DNA of 41,074 nucleotides. Origin: Candidatus Eiseniibacteriota bacterium (GTDB lineage: Bacteria; Eisenbacteria; RBG-16-71-46; JAFGJU01). The first letter of the stretch is position 1. Every line of letters begins with the position of its first letter. Position numbers and translations under genes: made by a program. The stretch is from positions 2,297,221 to 2,338,294 of the forward strand of contig CP070702.1 in NCBI GenBank assembly GCA_020349905.1, in the 5' to 3' direction. The notes beneath the pieces are model-generated. The model was not told the origin of the DNA, did not search any database, and saw nothing but the letters and a program-made list of their open reading frames with translations. Below are positions 37,620 to 41,074 of the stretch, piece by piece.

Positions 37620-39419
37620 ATGGACAAAAGAACGCTCCTCGCCCTGGCACTGGCTGCCGCTGCGGTGATGCTCTTTCAGATATTCTACTTCGCTCCGGCA
37701 GAAAGGGCGGCCCGCCTGAAGGCGCAGGAAGAAGAGAGGGCGCGTCTTGCGGCCGCCATCGAAGATTCGCTCGCCGCACTAGCCGCCTCCTCTCCGGAGA
37801 GAGCCCCTCAAACGGCTGCCCCGTCCGTCCCACCGGCCCCGACAGAGAGCTCGGCCCAACAAGTCCCGGTAGAAAGCGCGGCTCTGGGTATGCCGGCACT
37901 CGGCGCCCTCGTAGCTCTGGAGGGTGCCCCGGTCGTGGAAACGGTGGTGGAAACTGACCTCTACGAGGCCACTTTCAGCTCGCGCGGCGGCGTTCTCACC
38001 AGCATGAAACTAAAGAAATTCCAGAGCCTCCACGACGAGCCCGTGAACCTGGTGCGCCAGCCGGTGAGGGACGCGGGACGGGGTGAGATGGGCCTGGTGG
38101 TACGCTCGCAGCGGGGAGAAATAGACCTCTCCTCGGTCGCGTTCACTGTCAGCGACAGCGTGGACGCTGAAACGGGAATGATCCGCAAGCTGAGCTTCCG
38201 TGCAGCTGACCCGGCGTACGGGACAGCGATCGTCAAGACCTTTAGCTTCGCGGAAGACAGCTACGCCATCGGGCTCGACGTGGAGATTCGCGGGATCTCC
38301 TCTCAGGCGGAGAAGCTTGACTATCTTCTGGGTTGGACCGGAGGGGTTTCTCTCACGGAGACGAACCAGAAGGAGGAGATTCGCAACGTAGCTTCCGTCT
38401 CCCTTCTCGGGACAGAAATGATCCAGGACAATCTCAACTCCTTCAAGAAGGAACCGTTCAAGCAGCACACCGGTAACGTCGTGTGGAGCGCCGTCAGAAG
38501 CAGGTACTTCATCGCTGCGTTCGTTCCTCCGGAGGGCGTGGTCTCCGAAGTCGTGAACGCCGGCAGTCCCGAAGAGAGTTTCTCGAGCACGCAGCTTGCG
38601 ATTCCCGTGTCGGTCAACGGACTCACGAGGACGAGCTTCACGCTCTACGTGGGGCCCATAGACCTGTGGAACCTGAAAAAGCTGGAAGTCGGCCTTGAAC
38701 GTACGGTCAACCTGGGCTGGAGTTGGATAAGACCGGTGAGCCAGCTTGTTCTTCAGTTCCTGGTGGCGTGCCACAAAGTGTTTCCGAACTACGGGTCGGT
38801 CATCATTCTGCTCTCGCTGCTCACGAAGATACTCTTCTATCCCCTTACCAGGAGCAGCATGAAGTCGATGCGCGAGATGCAGAAGCTGCAGCCCGAGATT
38901 CAGAAGCTCAAGGAAAAGCTCAAGAAGGAACCCCAGAGGTTGAACAAGGAGGTGATGGGACTTTACAAGAAGCACAAAGTCAACCCGCTTGGGGGATGCC
39001 TTCCGTTGTTGCTCCAGATGCCTGTGTTTATAGCCCTCTACAGCGTACTGATGCATTCCATCGAGATGAGAAGAGCGCACTTCGTGTGGTGGATAAACGA
39101 CCTCTCTTCGCCCGACACGGTAGCGGTGGTGGCCGGATTTGCGATTCACCTTCTGCCGCTTCTCATGGCGGCAAGCATGTTCTGGCAGCAGAAAATGACG
39201 CCCACGGACCCGAGACAGGCCGCCATGATGTACTTCATGCCCATTATCATGCTGGTCTTCTTCTACGGTCTGCCTTCCGGGCTCGTTCTTTACTGGACAG
39301 CCAATAATCTCATGACCATCGCGCAGCAGTATATTCAGAAGAGGGGCGAGAAACCGGAGCCCGCTGCGGAGCCCGTCGCCCCGGAAAAACGCAAGGCATC
39401 GAAGAGTTCTAGAAAATGA
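37620..39419 (+). CDS. yidC: membrane protein insertase YidC
   Basis: N-terminal TM helix, large periplasmic domain, and the conserved C-terminal 5-TM core (PLGGCLPLLLQMPVFIALY...YWTANNLMTIAQQ). 599 aa. Confidence 0.95.
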   Translation: MDKRTLLALALAAAAVMLFQIFYFAPAERAARLKAQEEERARLAAAIEDSLAALAASSPERAPQTAAPSVPPAPTESSAQQVPVESAALGMPALGALVALEGAPVVETVVETDLYEATFSSRGGVLTSMKLKKFQSLHDEPVNLVRQPVRDAGRGEMGLVVRSQRGEIDLSSVAFTVSDSVDAETGMIRKLSFRAADPAYGTAIVKTFSFAEDSYAIGLDVEIRGISSQAEKLDYLLGWTGGVSLTETNQKEEIRNVASVSLLGTEMIQDNLNSFKKEPFKQHTGNVVWSAVRSRYFIAAFVPPEGVVSEVVNAGSPEESFSSTQLAIPVSVNGLTRTSFTLYVGPIDLWNLKKLEVGLERTVNLGWSWIRPVSQLVLQFLVACHKVFPNYGSVIILLSLLTKILFYPLTRSSMKSMREMQKLQPEIQKLKEKLKKEPQRLNKEVMGLYKKHKVNPLGGCLPLLLQMPVFIALYSVLMHSIEMRRAHFVWWINDLSSPDTVAVVAGFAIHLLPLLMAASMFWQQKMTPTDPRQAAMMYFMPIIMLVFFYGLPSGLVLYWTANNLMTIAQQYIQKRGEKPEPAAEPVAPEKRKASKSSRK

Positions 39420-39520
39420 GCCCGCACGGGCCAGTAACATCCACATTTGAATCAGACGTATGTCGGCTACGCCTGACAGAAGAATCTAGAGTTGCCGTCA
39501 AGGAAAGGAAGTGTGACGTC

Positions 39521-40177
39521 ATGGACGAGCATCGCAGGAACTGCATCGAGACAGAAGGTAAGACAGTCGGAGACGCAGTCGGAAACGCGCTCAAGAGATT
39601 GGGTGTGGAAGAGGACGACGTGGAGATAGAGGTGCTCGACGAAGGGAGCCGGGGAGTCTTCAGCATACTCGGTTCCAGGCAGGCCCGCGTTCGCGTGCGG
39701 CTAAAGATAGGCCTCGGACCGTCTTCCGAACCCGCGGAACTGGTCCGGGAGCTCCTCTCAGCGATGGGCTTCTCCGCCGAAGTCGAGAGCAAGGACGTCC
39801 AGGACGCGACGGAGATAACGATCGGTTCCACCGGCGCGGACGGACTTCTCATCGGTAAGAGAGGCGAGACGCTGGAGTGCTTTCAGCACGTGGTGAGCAA
39901 AATGCTGAACCGCAACGCCTCCAGCTGGCGACACGTTATCGTGGACGTGGGCGGTTACAGAAAGCGTAGAGAGGGGCAGCTCATGAAGCTGGCCAGCTCT
40001 CTGGCGGAGCGCGCCAGCTCTACCGGGCAGGAAGTCAGCACCGACCCCCTGAAGGCTTCCGAGAGACGAATCATCCACCTTGCGCTCAAAGACCATCCCG
40101 GAGTCCGTTCGTTTGCGGTCGGCGAGGGACTCGTGAAGCGCGTGGTCATCGGACCGAAGGACACGGGTCGAAGTTAG
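39521..40177 (+). CDS. khpB: Jag/KhpB RNA-binding protein (Jag_N + KH + R3H)
   Basis: Jag_N (VGDAVGNALKRLGVEEDDVEIEVLDEGSRGVFSILGSRQARVRV), KH (GADGLLIGKRGETLECFQHVVSKM) and R3H (ERRIIHLALKDHPGVRSFAVGEG). The track ORF opens at 39416, overlapping the yidC stop. ATG 39521 is preferred. Confidence 0.8.
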   Translation: MDEHRRNCIETEGKTVGDAVGNALKRLGVEEDDVEIEVLDEGSRGVFSILGSRQARVRVRLKIGLGPSSEPAELVRELLSAMGFSAEVESKDVQDATEITIGSTGADGLLIGKRGETLECFQHVVSKMLNRNASSWRHVIVDVGGYRKRREGQLMKLASSLAERASSTGQEVSTDPLKASERRIIHLALKDHPGVRSFAVGEGLVKRVVIGPKDTGRS

Positions 40178-40280
40178 ACGCCCTCCCCTTGCCTCGTGAC
40201 CTCAGTCGCAAGAGCCTCCGGGCGGAAGAATCCTGGAACGTATGAAGCTTCGGGCGGTGAACAGGCCTCCTGCCACGCGG

Positions 40281-40308
40281 CTGACTTCTGTCCCGGGTCG
40301 TGTAGAAT
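40281..40308 (+). promoter_or_regulatory. candidate mnmE promoter: CTGACT, 16 nt, TAGAAT
   Basis: It uses the same hexamer pair as the rpmH promoter region (cTGACT ... TAGAAT). It lies 22 nt upstream of the GGGAGG RBS. Confidence 0.35.
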
Positions 40309-40329
40309 CTTCCCAGGGAGGAAAGTATC

Positions 40330-41074
40330 TTGATTGCGGACACCGTTGCCGCAATCTCGACCGCTCCGGGCCGAGGAGCCATCGCAGTCGTGCGGGTGAG
40401 CGGTCCGGAGTCCATCGAGATTGCTGACAGGCTGTTCAAGGGAAAGGAGCCGCTTTCTCTTTCCAGGACGCACTCAGTCAGACACGGCAAGCTGACGGAC
40501 CCGTCAGGTCGCGTGCTGGACGAGGTGCTCGTGTGCGTCATGCGCGCCCCCGAGACTTTCACGGGTGAGGACATAGTGGAGGTGAGCTGCCACGGCGGCC
40601 CCGTCACGAGCCAGCTGGTGTTGGAGGCGTTCTTGTCGTGCGGCTGCAGGATGGCGGACCCCGGGGAGTTCACGAAGAGGGCCTTTCTCAACAACAGGAT
40701 GGACCTTGCGCAGGCCGAAGCCGTGGCGGAGCTGGTTGCGGCAAAGACCAGAGAGGCAGCCGGGAGAGCTCTGAGGCAGCTCGAGGGAGAACTCTCCGAG
40801 GAGATATCTAAGGTCAGAGCCTCGGTTGTAAGTGTCCTGAGTGAGGTTGAAGCAGTCATAGACTTCCCGGAGGACGTACCCGACCCCCCTGAAAGCGCCA
40901 CGCTAGTGCGGACTCTGGAAGAGTGCAGGGACACCCTGGCTGTTCTTGTGTCCGAGAGAAGAGTTGCGGCCGTACTGAAGGCGGGCGCCATGACCCCCAT
41001 CATAGGCAGGCCTAACGTAGGCAAGTCGAGCCTTCTCAATGCAATAGTCGGTCGCTCAAGGGCCATCGTGGCAG
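40330..41074 (+). CDS. mnmE: tRNA modification GTPase MnmE (TrmE), 3'-truncated by the window end
   Basis: TTG start 8 nt after GGGAGG. The N-domain (IAAISTAPGRGAIAVVRVSGPES...CHGGPVTSQ) and the start of the G-domain (GRPNVGKSSLLNAIVGRSRAIV) are present. Confidence 0.9.
   Translation, partial: MIADTVAAISTAPGRGAIAVVRVSGPESIEIADRLFKGKEPLSLSRTHSVRHGKLTDPSGRVLDEVLVCVMRAPETFTGEDIVEVSCHGGPVTSQLVLEAFLSCGCRMADPGEFTKRAFLNNRMDLAQAEAVAELVAAKTREAAGRALRQLEGELSEEISKVRASVVSVLSEVEAVIDFPEDVPDPPESATLVRTLEECRDTLAVLVSERRVAAVLKAGAMTPIIGRPNVGKSSLLNAIVGRSRAIVA

Overview
High-GC bacterial chromosomal window, roughly 60% GC by eye, with one sharply AT-rich island. It spans the chromosomal replication origin. On the minus strand lie dnaA, an AT-rich oriC-like gap, dnaN, a DUF721/DciA-like gene, gyrB, gyrA and a small lipoprotein. 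On the plus strand lie rpmH, rnpA, yidD, yidC, jag(khpB) and mnmE (cut at the window end). A UshA-type 5'-nucleotidase and a small ORF are inserted between dnaA and rpmH, and there is no recF. The left 26 kb is a mixed accessory/metabolic region. It holds a secreted protein plus a 945-aa metzincin-like protease with eight FG-GAP repeats and a T9SS-type C-terminal sorting domain, which suggests an FCB-group-like lineage. It also holds an orphan octaheme c-type cytochrome, a CUT1-type sugar ABC importer (binding protein plus two permeases, no ATPase), a flotillin, and an aspartate aminotransferase fused to an HprK-like P-loop domain. Further on are a sensor kinase / sigma-54 (NtrC-type) regulator pair divergent from a Cys/His-rich DUF3347-like periplasmic protein (zraP-zraSR-like layout), a 610-aa secreted two-domain protein, an M20 peptidase, a macro-domain protein translationally coupled to an MFS transporter, and a GNAT / GT4 glycosyltransferase / C-N hydrolase operon. 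There are two gene remnants: an SDR epimerase fragment and a truncated receiver domain. No tRNA, rRNA, CRISPR array or transposase was seen. Long antisense ORFs opposite gyrA, dnaN, dnaA, yidC and others are high-GC shadow ORFs. All calls are from reading the sequence and the ORF track by eye; no searches were run.
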